A DNA stretch of 64,000 bases. It comes from Acidobacteriota bacterium (GTDB lineage: Bacteria; Acidobacteriota; CAIWXX01). Under the pieces are notes generated by a model. The model was not told the DNA's origin and ran no database searches. It was given only the letters and a program-made list of their open reading frames with translations. The position numbers were made by a program, and so were the translations under genes. Within the stretch, counting starts at the first letter, position 1, and every line of letters begins with the position of its first letter. The stretch is from NCBI GenBank assembly GCA_016191015.1, contig JACPPM010000044.1:3862-67861 (forward strand), written 5' to 3'. Below, piece by piece: positions 41,594 through 52,672 of the stretch.

Positions 41594-41672
41594 GTCATTG
41601 AGTCATTTCCGAAGCGACGGGATCATCCCGTTCTGGTCAATGAACCAATCGTCAATGGTTCAATGATTCAAT
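41589..41672. repeat. k-mer-built imperfect hairpin (unit about TCAATG/CATTGA) between convergent genes
   Basis: The left arm has a CATTGA-type unit (gattgagtcattgagtcatt). The centre is a small stem, acggga-tca-tcccgt. The right arm has TCAATG-type units (gtcaatgaaccaatcgtcaatggttcaatgattcaat). Confidence 0.6.
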
Positions 41673-42882
41673 TCCCCGGATAGGCCTGGTTCGACCATTC
41701 GATGGCGCTGAGGTACTCCGCCGCAATCAGGTCCTCTTCGATTCCGAGCGCCGCGGCGTGTTCCCCGACGGACCGCCATTCGCCCTTTTCATACGCGAGG
41801 ATCGTGTCGAGCACACGTCGGTGGCGATTCGAATCGCCCAGCAGTGCCATCCGGGCCTCATCCGAAATATAGACATGCTGCAACGCCTCCTGCATCGTGC
41901 GGTCCGTGATGACGTCGATCAGCGAGAACATTCCCATCAGGAAGAGATCGAGCTTCTGGGCATGCATACCGGCAGGGGCTGCCAGGCTTTCGCAATACCT
42001 CCCTCTGACAATCGAGGTGACGACCAGCTCGGGTGGCTTGTCCTCACCCAACCTCGCCAGGGCCCAGAGCGACGCCAGCTTGCGAATCTCATATTCGCCC
42101 AGCAGGACCAACGCATCCAAGATCGACTTGATCTCGCGGCGGAGGCCGAAGGCCGCTGAGTTGATATAGCGCAGGAGCTGGTAGACGATCGAGACATCCT
42201 GCTTGATGATGCGCTCCAGCTCGGCGAAGTCCACGTCCGATCTGTTGATCTCGCGCAGCAATCGTAGATAGTTGATCTTGATCGAGGGGATGGCCTTGCC
42301 GGTGACGATGACGGGCTTGCTGAAGAAGTACCCCTGGAAGTACCGGTATCCCAGATCGCTGCCCTGCCCCAGCTCCTCGATAGTCTCGACCTTTTCAGCG
42401 AGCAGAGACAGGCGCCCGGATCCGTATTTTCGGGCGAGAGCTCGCCGCTGGTCCGGGGGAGTGGCGCGGAAATCGATCTTGAGAATGTCTGCCAGCTCGA
42501 CCAGGGGCGCCATTTCCGGGCGGTCGACGAAATCGTCGAGTGCCAGCCAGTAGTGCGCTCTTTTTAGCTGCCGGCAGGCTGCCAGCACATCCTGGTCGAT
42601 GTCGATCGTCTCGAGCAGCTCGATGACCACTTCCTCAGGCGGCAGGACCGACGCGAGGTCGCGGAGGAGCACATCGCGGCTGACGTTGATGAAGGCGCGC
42701 CGGCTGCCCGTGAGCGTTGAGAGGCCGAACTGCAGCGCGCTGTCCGCGATCACTTTCGAGGAGGCATGATCGAAATCCCGCTCGGTAAAGAAGTTCAGAA
42801 ACCCTGAACGGAAAAGCAGCTCGTAGGCAAACACCTTCTTTTGCCTGTCAAAAATGGGCTGGCGCGCTACGAACATGCGCAT
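41668..42882 (-). CDS. EAL domain plus HDOD domain protein
   Basis: FVARQPIFDRQKKVFAYELLFRS...EVVIELLET...LALDDF...ILKIDF (EAL motifs). A C-terminal HDOD-like helical domain follows. Confidence 0.85.
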   Translation of the reverse strand: MRMFVARQPIFDRQKKVFAYELLFRSGFLNFFTERDFDHASSKVIADSALQFGLSTLTGSRRAFINVSRDVLLRDLASVLPPEEVVIELLETIDIDQDVLAACRQLKRAHYWLALDDFVDRPEMAPLVELADILKIDFRATPPDQRRALARKYGSGRLSLLAEKVETIEELGQGSDLGYRYFQGYFFSKPVIVTGKAIPSIKINYLRLLREINRSDVDFAELERIIKQDVSIVYQLLRYINSAAFGLRREIKSILDALVLLGEYEIRKLASLWALARLGEDKPPELVVTSIVRGRYCESLAAPAGMHAQKLDLFLMGMFSLIDVITDRTMQEALQHVYISDEARMALLGDSNRHRRVLDTILAYEKGEWRSVGEHAAALGIEEDLIAAEYLSAIEWSNQAYPGN

Positions 42883-42939
42883 GAGAGCATTCCTGATACT
42901 GATGGTATCACATGAGCGGGATCCGGGCGGTTGACATGC

Positions 42940-43150
42940 CAGGGCTGCGGCAAAGTCGGGGCGCCGACTCGGGCGAGGCCGTTCCGTGCGAAACCGCAGA
43001 TGGCGCAGATTTCCGCGCAGATTACGCAGATTCTTCCAGCATTCAACCGACGGGCAACTTGCTCCTCACTCTTGGGTCGGCGCGAAGCAATCGGCGACAT
43101 CTGCGAGTCAATCTGTGAAATCTGCGGTTTCCGGGACTTTGCCGTAGCCT
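42940..43150. mobile_element. MITE-like 211-bp element, copy A, with terminal inverted repeats and flanked by a 12-bp direct repeat
   Basis: The ends AGGGCTGCGGCAAAGTC... and ...GACTTTGCCGTAGCCT are inverted repeats. The identical 12-mer cggttgacatgc sits at 42928-42939 and 43151-43162. Internally it is a k-mer hairpin with unit about ATCTGCG. The ORFs on it look spurious (ICVICAEICAICGF). Confidence 0.65.
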
Positions 43151-43188
43151 CGGTTGACATGCGGAGCCGGGGCGCATAACTTCAAGCC

Positions 43189-43800
43189 ATGAAGGTACTG
43201 GCAGCCGGCGACCCCGCCGCCATCGCCGAGGCGGTTGAGATGATTCGCGATGGGAAGGTCGTTGCCATCCCCACGGACACATTTTACGGCCTTGCTGCCG
43301 ACCCGCTGAGCCGTGAGGCAGTCCAACGGCTCATCGAGATCAAGCAGAGAGATGAGGGCAAGGGCATCCTGTTGCTGGTGTCGAGCTTCCAGATGATTCA
43401 CCGGTACGCCGAATCGATACCTGAAGGGTTCGAGCGGTGGGGGGTATGGCCTGGAGCCGTGACCTTTCTGTTCAGGGCCAGGGGCGAGCTGATGCCTGTG
43501 TTGACCGGATCAAGCGGCCGGATCGGATTGCGCATGCCGCTGGCACCGACCGTCACATCTCTGTGTGAGACGCTCGGTCATGCCATCACTGGGACGAGTG
43601 CCAACCGGACAGGCGAAGAGCCGGCTCGGGATGTCGCCGGCCTCGATCCGATCGCCGGCGGAATCGAGGCGGCGATCGACGGCGGGCGCTTGCCGTCGTC
43701 GCTCCCCTCGACGATCATCGACCTCTCCCGGGCAGCGCCGGCACTCGTCAGGGCGGGGGCCGTCGACTTCCAATACCTGCTGGAGAGAATGCCCAGATGA
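43189..43800 (+). CDS. tsaC: L-threonylcarbamoyladenylate synthase (YrdC/TsaC family)
   Basis: IRDGKVVAIPTDTFYGLAADPLSREAVQRLIEIKQRDEGKGILLLV...ITGTSANRTGEEP. Confidence 0.85.
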   Translation: MKVLAAGDPAAIAEAVEMIRDGKVVAIPTDTFYGLAADPLSREAVQRLIEIKQRDEGKGILLLVSSFQMIHRYAESIPEGFERWGVWPGAVTFLFRARGELMPVLTGSSGRIGLRMPLAPTVTSLCETLGHAITGTSANRTGEEPARDVAGLDPIAGGIEAAIDGGRLPSSLPSTIIDLSRAAPALVRAGAVDFQYLLERMPR

Positions 43801-44579
43801 GAGTGGCACTGGCGCAGATGACTGTCCGCGAGGGCGATGTCGCCGGCAATCTCGAGAAAGCGCGCCGCCTCGCCCGGAAAGCGATGGGCGCAGGAGCCGA
43901 CATCGTCGCGTTTCCTGAGCTCTTCTTGACTGGCTACGATTGGCGGGCGATCAAGCAAATGACGCCGTCATCGACCCGGCAGACTGCGCACCTGATACGA
44001 TCGCTGGCCGCCGGGATCGCGGTGGTTGGGGGAAGCTTTGCCGAGAATCACGGGGGGAAGCTCCACAATACCACAATTGTAGTAAACAAAGAGGGGCGGA
44101 GGCTGGCGACCTATCGAAAGGTGCATCTGTTCGGTCTTCTGGGAGAAGACCGAGCCTTCGCGGCGGGGAACCGGACCTCGTCGTTTTCGCTCGATGGCTG
44201 GCGAGCCGGCGTCGCGACCTGCTACGATCTCCGGTTTCCTGAGCTTTTTCGCAGGTTGACCTATGCCCACGCGGCGGAGGTGATTTTCATCCAGTCGGCC
44301 TGGCCGATGCCACGGCAATCCGCCTGGGATCTGCTGCTGAGGGCACGGGCCATCGAGAACCAGTGCTACGTGTGCGGTACCAATCGCGTGGGGCAGGCGG
44401 GCACGCTCGACTACTTCGGTTCGACCCAGATCGTCACGCCGCTCGGTGACATCCTCGCCAAAAAGGGGCGCGGCGAAGGCCTGCTTGTCGCCGACATCGA
44501 CATGGCCGAGGTGGATCGCGTGAGGAAGCTGATCCCGGCGCTGCCCGACCGGCGCCCTTCTGTCTACGGACGCTACTGA
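43797..44579 (+). CDS. Carbon-nitrogen hydrolase (nitrilase superfamily)
   Basis: MRVALAQM...ADIVAFPELFLTGY (catalytic Glu), YRKVHLF (Lys) and ATCYDLRFPELFR (Cys). Confidence 0.85.
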   Translation: MRVALAQMTVREGDVAGNLEKARRLARKAMGAGADIVAFPELFLTGYDWRAIKQMTPSSTRQTAHLIRSLAAGIAVVGGSFAENHGGKLHNTTIVVNKEGRRLATYRKVHLFGLLGEDRAFAAGNRTSSFSLDGWRAGVATCYDLRFPELFRRLTYAHAAEVIFIQSAWPMPRQSAWDLLLRARAIENQCYVCGTNRVGQAGTLDYFGSTQIVTPLGDILAKKGRGEGLLVADIDMAEVDRVRKLIPALPDRRPSVYGRY

Positions 44580-44613
44580 TGGAAGCCCCTGTGGTGCGGG
44601 GAGGTGCTCGCCA

Positions 44614-44823
44614 AGGCTACGGCGAAGTCCCGGAAACCGGAGATTTCACCGATTGACTCGCAGATGTCGCCGATTGCTTCGCGCCGACCCGAGAGTGAGG
44701 AGCAAGTTGCTCGTCGGTTGAATGCTGGAAGAATCTGCGTAATCTGCGCGGAAATCTGCGCCATCTGCGGTTTCACACGGAACGGCCTCGCCCGAGTCGG
44801 CGCCTCGACTTTGCCGCAGCCCT
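44614..44823. mobile_element. MITE-like element, copy B, inverted relative to copy A
   Basis: By eye, the reverse complement of 44614-44823 aligns to 42941-43150 with only about 10 mismatches over 210 bp. Confidence 0.65.
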
Positions 44824-44894
44824 GCTGGCGACGGGCGGTTCCTTGACTCCCCCGCGAGCCATATGATACCTTCTCGCGATTTGTTGTTGAGGTT

Positions 44895-45362
44895 ATGGAG
44901 ATACTGTTCGAGTGGGCTCAGGAAGAGCCGTACAGAATCACATCGGACGTCGAGCTGGAGAGCTCGCGGCTGGTGGAGGGTCATGCCTCGTTTGCAGCCG
45001 TACCACACATCGATGCGACCCTGGCACGGATGAAGGATCACTACGAGATAGAAGGCAATATCTCTACCAAGGTGATGATTCCGTGCGCCCGATGTCTCGA
45101 GCCGTTCGAGTTGCCGATCTCCCACCCGCTGCATCTGGTGCTGCTTCCGCGGCCGAGCTATCCCGGCTTTGTCGAGCTCGAGCTCAACGACGACGACCTG
45201 GATACCTCGTTCTACTCAGAGGAAAAAGTGGTGCTCGAGGACCTCGTCAGCGAACAGATCAACCTGGCTCTCCCCATGCGCCCTCTGTGCAGTCCGGACT
45301 GCAAGGGGCTCTGCCTCACTTGCGGAACCGACTTGAACCGCGGTTCCTGCACGTGCCGCTAA
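44895..45362 (+). CDS. yceD: YceD/DUF177 family protein (large-subunit rRNA accumulation protein)
   Basis: CARCLEPFELPI...DLVSEQINLALPMRPLCSPDCKGLCLTCGTDLN. It occupies the conserved position upstream of rpmF-plsX. Confidence 0.85.
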   Translation: MEILFEWAQEEPYRITSDVELESSRLVEGHASFAAVPHIDATLARMKDHYEIEGNISTKVMIPCARCLEPFELPISHPLHLVLLPRPSYPGFVELELNDDDLDTSFYSEEKVVLEDLVSEQINLALPMRPLCSPDCKGLCLTCGTDLNRGSCTCR

Positions 45363-45416
45363 GGGGCCGCCGCCCGGTCGTCCTCGTGCACCCAGAACTG
45401 AAAGGAGTTTTCAACC

Positions 45417-45599
45417 ATGCCTAATCCAAAGCGACGCCATTCCAAAGCACGCCGAGACCGGCGCCGGGCACACGACGCCCTCTCCGCCGCTTCTCTCTCT
45501 GTCTGCCCGCAATGCCACCAACAGAAGATGCCCCATCGGGCCTGTCCTCACTGCGGGGCGTACAAGGGGAAGCCCGTGCTGCCGGTCAAGGGGATCTAG
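45417..45599 (+). CDS. rpmF: 50S ribosomal protein L32
   Basis: MPNPKRRHSKARRDRRRAH...CPQCHQQKMPHRACPHCGAYKG. Confidence 0.9.
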   Translation: MPNPKRRHSKARRDRRRAHDALSAASLSVCPQCHQQKMPHRACPHCGAYKGKPVLPVKGI

Positions 45600-45662
45600 T
45601 CCCTCCTCCTGGAGACGGGTGACGCGTTCGCATGCCAGGTGGATGCAGGGAGCCGTGAGAAG

Positions 45663-46682
45663 ATGAGTCAAGTGCGGATCTGCGTGGATGCGATGGGGGG
45701 CGACCATGCTCCCGGCATACCGGTAGATGGAGCCATCGCCGCCGCCAGGGAGCTCGGAATCCATGTGACATTGGTCGGTCTCGAGGATGAGATCCGGAAG
45801 CGGCTCAGGGATGGTGGTGGGGACGGCCTTCCCATCGACGTCGTTCACGCACCCGAGGTCGTCGAGATGGACGAGGATGTGATTTCGGCGCTCCGCAAGA
45901 AAAGGTGCTCCTCGATTCGTGTGGGCACGACTCTCCTGAAGGAAGGCAAGGTCGACGGCTTCGTCAGCGCCGGTAATACCGGCGCGGTCATGGCCACAGC
46001 CAAGATGGTGGCCGGCACGATCGACGGAGTGGATCGCCCTGCCCTCGCCACGATTGTCCCAACGCTCACCGGCCACGCCGTTCTGATTGATGTCGGAGCC
46101 AATGTGAACTGCAAGCCGCATCACCTCGAGCAGTTCGCGATCATGGGCAGCATCTACGCGCGCGAGATTCTCGCCGTGAAGAACCCGAGAGTGGGCCTGA
46201 TGAGCGTCGGGGAGGAAGAGGGGAAGGGCAACGAGCTGACTAAGGAGGTCTTCAAGGTCCTGAAGGATGCGGACCTCAACTTCGTTGGCAACGCCGAAGG
46301 GCGCGATGTGTATGCCGGCAAGATGGACGTCATCGTCTGTGACGGGTTCACCGGCAATGTGATCCTGAAGGTGAGTGAGAGCCTGATCGATGCGGCTGTG
46401 AATCTGCTGAGGGGCGAGATTGAGAAGGGGCTTCTGTACCGAATCGGGTACATCATGGCCCGCCCCGCCTTCCGGCAGTTCAAGAAGCGGCTCGACTATT
46501 CGGAGTACGGCGGCGCCCCTCTGTTGGGCATCAAAGGCGTCTGCCTCATCTGCCACGGCCGCTCACCCGCGAAGGCTATCAAGAACGCCGTGCGCGTCGC
46601 TGGCGAGTTCGCTCAGATGCGAATCGCGGACCGGATCCGGACCGAGATCGAAAAGACGTTCAAGAAGGAAACCACCAAATGA
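45663..46682 (+). CDS. plsX: Phosphate acyltransferase PlsX
   Basis: RICVDAMGGDHAP...GFVSAGNTGA...GFTGNVILK...GAPLLGIKGVCLICHGRS. Confidence 0.9.
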   Translation: MSQVRICVDAMGGDHAPGIPVDGAIAAARELGIHVTLVGLEDEIRKRLRDGGGDGLPIDVVHAPEVVEMDEDVISALRKKRCSSIRVGTTLLKEGKVDGFVSAGNTGAVMATAKMVAGTIDGVDRPALATIVPTLTGHAVLIDVGANVNCKPHHLEQFAIMGSIYAREILAVKNPRVGLMSVGEEEGKGNELTKEVFKVLKDADLNFVGNAEGRDVYAGKMDVIVCDGFTGNVILKVSESLIDAAVNLLRGEIEKGLLYRIGYIMARPAFRQFKKRLDYSEYGGAPLLGIKGVCLICHGRSPAKAIKNAVRVAGEFAQMRIADRIRTEIEKTFKKETTK

Positions 46683-47662
46683 AACCAGCCTCACGCATAC
46701 GCTCACTCGGTTCCTGCCTCCCCCCGAAGGTTTTGACCAATGCTGAGCTCGAGAAGATTGTCGAAACGTCGGATGAATGGATCAGGACGCGGACGGGCAT
46801 CCGGGAGCGGCACATCTCGGGACCGGACGAGTATTCGTCGGTACTCGCGACGCGCGCGGCCGAGCTGGCGCTCCATCGGGCGGGGATGACCGGCGCCGAT
46901 CTGGACATGATCGTATGCTGCACGATTTCGCCCGACCAGCCCCTGCCCGCCACCGGATGCATCGTCCAGTCGAACTTGAAGGCTACAAAGGCCGTTGCCT
47001 TCGATATCGCCGCCGCGTGTTCCGGATTCCTTTATGGGCTTTCGATCGCCGACCAGTTCATCCGGACCGGCAAGGCGAAGAACATCCTGGTCATCGGGGT
47101 GGAGGTGCTGAGCCGGTATGTCGATTACACCGACCGCGCGACCTGCGTGATATTCGGGGACGGGGCCGGGGCGGCCGTGGTCACGCCCGCCGATTCCGAC
47201 TCGGGGATCTACTCAACACAGATCCGCAGCGACGGATCGCTCGCAGAGTTTCTCTACATACCCGGCGGCGGAACGCACTACCCGGCCACGCATCATTCGA
47301 TCGACGACCGGCTGCACTACATCAAGATGAAGGGCAACGAGCTGTTCAAGGTGGCCGTGCGGAGCATGGATGAAATATCCCGAAAAGTCCTCGACGATGC
47401 CGGCATGCGAGCCGGTGACATCGATCTGCTGGTTCCTCACCAGGCGAATCAACGTATCTCCGAGGCTGTTCGCGAACGGCTTGGTGTGCCCACCGAGAGG
47501 ATCTATGCCAACATCGACCGGATCGGGAACACATCGTCCGCATCGATCCCGATTGCTCTGGACGAGTTGTACACCCAGGGCAGACTGAAAGAAGGAATGA
47601 ACCTCCTACTCGTCTCTTTTGGCGCCGGGGTGACCTGGGGCGGCGCTCTCATCAAATGGTGA
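46679..47662 (+). CDS. fabH: 3-oxoacyl-ACP synthase III
   Basis: TSDEWIRTRTGIRERH...AFDIAAACSGFLYGL...HQANQRI...GNTSSASIP. Confidence 0.9.
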   Translation: MKPASRIRSLGSCLPPKVLTNAELEKIVETSDEWIRTRTGIRERHISGPDEYSSVLATRAAELALHRAGMTGADLDMIVCCTISPDQPLPATGCIVQSNLKATKAVAFDIAAACSGFLYGLSIADQFIRTGKAKNILVIGVEVLSRYVDYTDRATCVIFGDGAGAAVVTPADSDSGIYSTQIRSDGSLAEFLYIPGGGTHYPATHHSIDDRLHYIKMKGNELFKVAVRSMDEISRKVLDDAGMRAGDIDLLVPHQANQRISEAVRERLGVPTERIYANIDRIGNTSSASIPIALDELYTQGRLKEGMNLLLVSFGAGVTWGGALIKW

Positions 47663-47667
47663 CAGTC

Positions 47668-48405
47668 ATGAAGGGAAAAATCGCAATCATCACCGGCGCG
47701 TCACAGGGAATCGGCCGCGAGATTGCGCTGGTGCTCGCATCGGAAGGGGTGCGATGTGGGCTTTTTGCGCGCAATCTGCAGAAGCTCGAGGCCGTGGCCT
47801 CCGATATCATGGCGGCGGGTGGGCCTGAGGCGATCTGCTGCCAGGTGGATGTGTCGAAGGCCGAGGCGGCCGATGCCGCGGTCAAGCAGTTCATCGAGAA
47901 GGCCGGCGGCATCGACTTCCTCGTGAACAACGCCGGGTGCACCCGCGACAACCTGCTCCTGCGCATGAAAAACGACGATTGGGACGAGGTCATCGCAACG
48001 GATCTGTCCGGGGTCTTCTACATCACCCGGGCCGCCCTGCGGCCGATGCTCCGAGCGCGCGGCGGCCGCATTGTCACAATCACCTCCGTGGTCGGAGAGA
48101 TGGGCAACGCGGGTCAGTCGAACTACGCCGCGGCAAAGGCCGGAATCATCGGCTTCACGAAATCGGTCGCGAGAGAGGTGGGATCGAGGTCGATCACGGT
48201 GAACGCCGTCGCACCCGGATACATCGACACCGAAATGACATCCAAGCTGACCGATGAGGTGAAGAAGGCCTTTGTCGAAACCGTCCCGCTCGCACGCATG
48301 GGCACCGCGGCCGACGTGGCCGGTACGGTGAAATTCCTGGTCTCGGATGCAGCAGCCTATATCACCGGCCAGGTCATCGGCGTGAACGGCGGTATGTACA
48401 TGTGA
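47668..48405 (+). CDS. fabG: 3-oxoacyl-ACP reductase
   Basis: KIAIITGASQGIGREIA...LVNNAG...SNYAAAKAGIIGFTKS...ITGQVIGVNGGMYM. Confidence 0.9.
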   Translation: MKGKIAIITGASQGIGREIALVLASEGVRCGLFARNLQKLEAVASDIMAAGGPEAICCQVDVSKAEAADAAVKQFIEKAGGIDFLVNNAGCTRDNLLLRMKNDDWDEVIATDLSGVFYITRAALRPMLRARGGRIVTITSVVGEMGNAGQSNYAAAKAGIIGFTKSVAREVGSRSITVNAVAPGYIDTEMTSKLTDEVKKAFVETVPLARMGTAADVAGTVKFLVSDAAAYITGQVIGVNGGMYM

Positions 48406-48466
48406 CCGGCGTTGATGTCGGGTCCGCAATCAAATAGAATTCGCCAACTTGAGGAGGAAGCGAACA

Positions 48467-48706
48467 ATGGCAGCAGAGAACATCGAAGAGAAAGTGAAGA
48501 GCATCGTGGTCGAAAAGCTCGGAGTGCACGAAGAGGAAGTGACTCCCGAGAGCTCATTCGTCGAGGATCTGGGCGCTGACTCCCTGGACGTCGTCGAGCT
48601 CGTCATGGCGTTCGAGGACGCCTTCAAGATCGAGATCCCGGACACGGATGCCGAAAAGATCCGGACTGTGGCACACGCCGTAGAATACATCCGGTCGCAC
48701 AGCTAG
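48467..48706 (+). CDS. acpP: Acyl carrier protein
   Basis: [24 protein letters not shown] precedes the ATG at 48467. Confidence 0.9.
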   Translation: MAAENIEEKVKSIVVEKLGVHEEEVTPESSFVEDLGADSLDVVELVMAFEDAFKIEIPDTDAEKIRTVAHAVEYIRSHS

Positions 48707-48740
48707 TTCGCGCGAGGCCCGGAGCTGGAATGAGGGTGCC

Positions 48741-49994
<1,254 letters not shown>

Positions 49995-50091
49995 AACGGA
50001 CATTCCCGCCATCCTCACTCCCCTATCGCCACAGCGATCGACCGGAGATTCTGTCTTACCCAAGAGCTCGCTATGCTCGCAAACTACGCGG

Positions 50092-50162
50092 ACGTAAACG
50101 TAGTCGTAGACATGGTCGATCGGGATCCATCGTCCACGTCCACGTCTACGACTACGTCTACG
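50092..50162. repeat. k-mer-built hairpin (unit about GTCTACGAC) after fabF
   Basis: cgtaaacgtagtcgtagac (50092-50110) pairs with gtctacgactacgtctacg (50144-50162), 18 of 19 complementary. The loop is about 33 nt. Confidence 0.75.
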
Positions 50163-50217
50163 ATTGGTGACAAGGAATGGGCGCTCAGGCCCTAATCAAT
50201 TCATTCACGGAGGTATC

Positions 50218-51000
50218 ATGAATCTCGTCGTCTGCCTCAAACAGGTCTTCAGCACCGAAGCGAAGATCAGAATTTCGCCCGACGGTAGGGCTGTCTCGGA
50301 CGAGGGTGTGGAATGGGTGATGAGCCCATACGACGAATACGCCCTCGAAGAGGCCATCCGCATCAAGGAGGCCACGGGTGCGGGCACCATCATAGCGATC
50401 TCGATTGGCCCCGACCGCTGCACGCCGATGCTGCGCTCCGCGCTCGCTCTCGGGGCGGACCGCGCTCTGCACCTGAAAGACCCGATGTTCGACAGCGTCG
50501 ACGCACTCGGCGTGGCTCGTGCTCTCGCTGCTGCCATCAGGCGCAACCCTTGCGATATGGTGCTCTTCGGAAGGATGGGCGTCGGCATGGATCAGGGGGT
50601 GATACCGGCGATGGTGGCCGAGCTGCTGGGGGCACCGATGGCCGGACTCGTCGTGAAGATCACCGTCGATGCGGAGAAAGTGCGATGTGTGCGTGAGATC
50701 GATGGAGGCAGTGAAGTCGTCGAGATGGCTCTGCCGGCCGTCGTCACGGCCCAGAAGGGGCTCAACGAGCCTCGCATCGCCAACCTCAAGGGCATCATGG
50801 CCGCCAAGAAGAAACCGCTCGACCTGCTGACCGCTGCCGATCTGGGCCTGGCCGCTCCCGATCTCCAGGATGTGAGACTGGTTCACGAATCGTATGAGCT
50901 GCCCGCGCCACGCACGGCTGCCAGGCTGCTGCAGGGCGATCCCGCCGACACCGCCCGCCAGCTCGTCCAGATCCTCCGAAACGAAGCCAAGGTCATATAG
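50218..51000 (+). CDS. etfB: Electron transfer flavoprotein, beta subunit
   Basis: MNLVVCLKQV...SPYDEYALEEAIRIKE...; adjacent to etfA. Confidence 0.85.
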   Translation: MNLVVCLKQVFSTEAKIRISPDGRAVSDEGVEWVMSPYDEYALEEAIRIKEATGAGTIIAISIGPDRCTPMLRSALALGADRALHLKDPMFDSVDALGVARALAAAIRRNPCDMVLFGRMGVGMDQGVIPAMVAELLGAPMAGLVVKITVDAEKVRCVREIDGGSEVVEMALPAVVTAQKGLNEPRIANLKGIMAAKKKPLDLLTAADLGLAAPDLQDVRLVHESYELPAPRTAARLLQGDPADTARQLVQILRNEAKVI

Positions 51001-51010
51001 GAGCACTCAC

Positions 51011-51991
51011 GTGGCAAAGACGATACTCGTTTTCATCGAAACACGCGAATCGAAAATCAGGAAGAGCTCGATCGAGGCGCTCAGTGCCGCCCGACGACTC
51101 GCCCCCGAGAACACGCTCGCCGCCGCCGTTCTGGGGCCCTGCGACGACGCCGCGACACTGGCTCATTACGGGGCCGGCCAGGTCTACACCGTCAACTCCG
51201 GGTCATTGGCTTCCTTCTCCGCAGACATGTATTCCGCCGGCTTGAATGCAATCGTGGAAATGGTGAAGCCAGACTACATCGCCGGCTCGGCGACGATCTT
51301 CGGGCGTGAGCTCTTTGGCCGTCTCGCCGCCAAACTCGGCCGAACCCCTGCCAGCGACTGCGTCGAGATGCACTGGAACAACGGCGAGATCAAGCTGGTC
51401 CGCCCTGTCTATTCCGGCAAGGCACGCTCGACCGTCTCTTTCCGCGGGGACCCCCCGTCCCTGTTCACGCTTCGGCCGAATGTGTTCCCGGCCGACTCCC
51501 CCGATGTGTCGCGCTCGTGCGAGGTCTCGGCCGTGGAGATGGCGATCCAAGCGGGCACCGCATCGGTCACTCTGGTCGAGGTGCTCAAGCCCGACACCGC
51601 CGAGCTCGACGCGAGCGAAGCCCAGGTGGTCGTCTCAGGGGGTCGAGCCATGAAGGGGCCGGATAACTTCGAGATCTTGCGAAAGCTCGTTTCCGTCATC
51701 CCAAATGCGGCATTGGGAGCGAGTCGCGCGGCAGTGGATTCGGGGTGGATCGACCACCACTACCAGGTCGGGCAGACGGGCAAAGTTGTCTCGCCTCAGC
51801 TCTACATCGCATGCGGCATCTCCGGGGCCATCCAGCATCTGGCCGGGATGAGCTCCAGCAAGTGCATTGTGGCGGTCAACAAGGACCCGGAGGCGCCGAT
51901 TTTCAAGGTCGCCGACTATGGGATCGTGGGGGACCTGTTCGAAATAGTTCCTAAACTCACGGAGGAATTCAAGAAGCTGCTGGCGTCGTAG
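51011..51991 (+). CDS. etfA: Electron transfer flavoprotein, alpha subunit
   Basis: GTG at 51011 with AGGAG upstream. VVVSGGRAM...[11 protein letters not shown]...[29 protein letters not shown]. Confidence 0.85.
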   Translation: MAKTILVFIETRESKIRKSSIEALSAARRLAPENTLAAAVLGPCDDAATLAHYGAGQVYTVNSGSLASFSADMYSAGLNAIVEMVKPDYIAGSATIFGRELFGRLAAKLGRTPASDCVEMHWNNGEIKLVRPVYSGKARSTVSFRGDPPSLFTLRPNVFPADSPDVSRSCEVSAVEMAIQAGTASVTLVEVLKPDTAELDASEAQVVVSGGRAMKGPDNFEILRKLVSVIPNAALGASRAAVDSGWIDHHYQVGQTGKVVSPQLYIACGISGAIQHLAGMSSSKCIVAVNKDPEAPIFKVADYGIVGDLFEIVPKLTEEFKKLLAS

Positions 51992-52059
51992 ACAGGCCCG
52001 GCACCCGCCGGATAAACCTTTCAGAGTCGCATGTCCTCTAACAAATTGAGAGAGCCAGG

Positions 52060-52671
52060 ATGATGGACGGTTGCCGACGGGTTCAAAACCAATTGCTCGA
52101 GTACGCCCTGAGCACGGGCGACCAGGCCCGGTCAAGGTCGATCCAGGAGCATCTTGCGGGGTGTCCGGCGTGTCAAGAGGCGCTTGCGAGACTCCGGGAT
52201 GAGCTGGCGCTTCTAAGGACGGATTCCGTTCCGGTTCAAAAGCTTGGTTCGGATTTCAGAGTCCGGTTTTGGAGCGAAGTCGAGCGACAAAAAGTCAGGC
52301 GAAGGTGGTGGCAGATGCCCGGCCTGCTCCGGTGGGCCGCGCCCGCGACGACCATCGCCGTCGTTCTTGCCGTGGGCTGGATCGTCCACCGTCACGCCCC
52401 ACCGACACCGGCGCCTGAGCCGCCGGGGCACCCACCTGTCGTGGCTGTCCCTGCCGCGCCTCCCCAGCCACCACCGCCATCGACACCCGCGCCGCCGCCG
52501 GCCTCGCCCCAACCTGCCGTCACACCCGTTCAGCAGGCGGATTCCCCGCCAAAGCCCAGCGACGAGGTTCTTCAGGACATGGAGCTTCTTCGCTATATGC
52601 AGTACATGGAGATGATTGAGGAGGGCGAGGCGACCGGCCAGGTGGTCCTCCCGGGCGAGAACGGTATCTGA
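52060..52671 (+). CDS. Putative anti-sigma factor (zf-HC2), single TM, Pro-rich extracytoplasmic tail
   Basis: CRRVQNQLLEYAL...IQEHLAGCPACQEAL (Hx3Cx2C). TM segment LLRWAAPATTIAVVLAVGWIV. Confidence 0.65.
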   Translation: MMDGCRRVQNQLLEYALSTGDQARSRSIQEHLAGCPACQEALARLRDELALLRTDSVPVQKLGSDFRVRFWSEVERQKVRRRWWQMPGLLRWAAPATTIAVVLAVGWIVHRHAPPTPAPEPPGHPPVVAVPAAPPQPPPPSTPAPPPASPQPAVTPVQQADSPPKPSDEVLQDMELLRYMQYMEMIEEGEATGQVVLPGENGI

Positions 52672-52672
52672 G

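Noticed and set aside
45411-46556. 381-aa minus-strand ORF opposite rpmF/plsX
   Set aside because: It is antisense to highly conserved housekeeping genes and has no motif.
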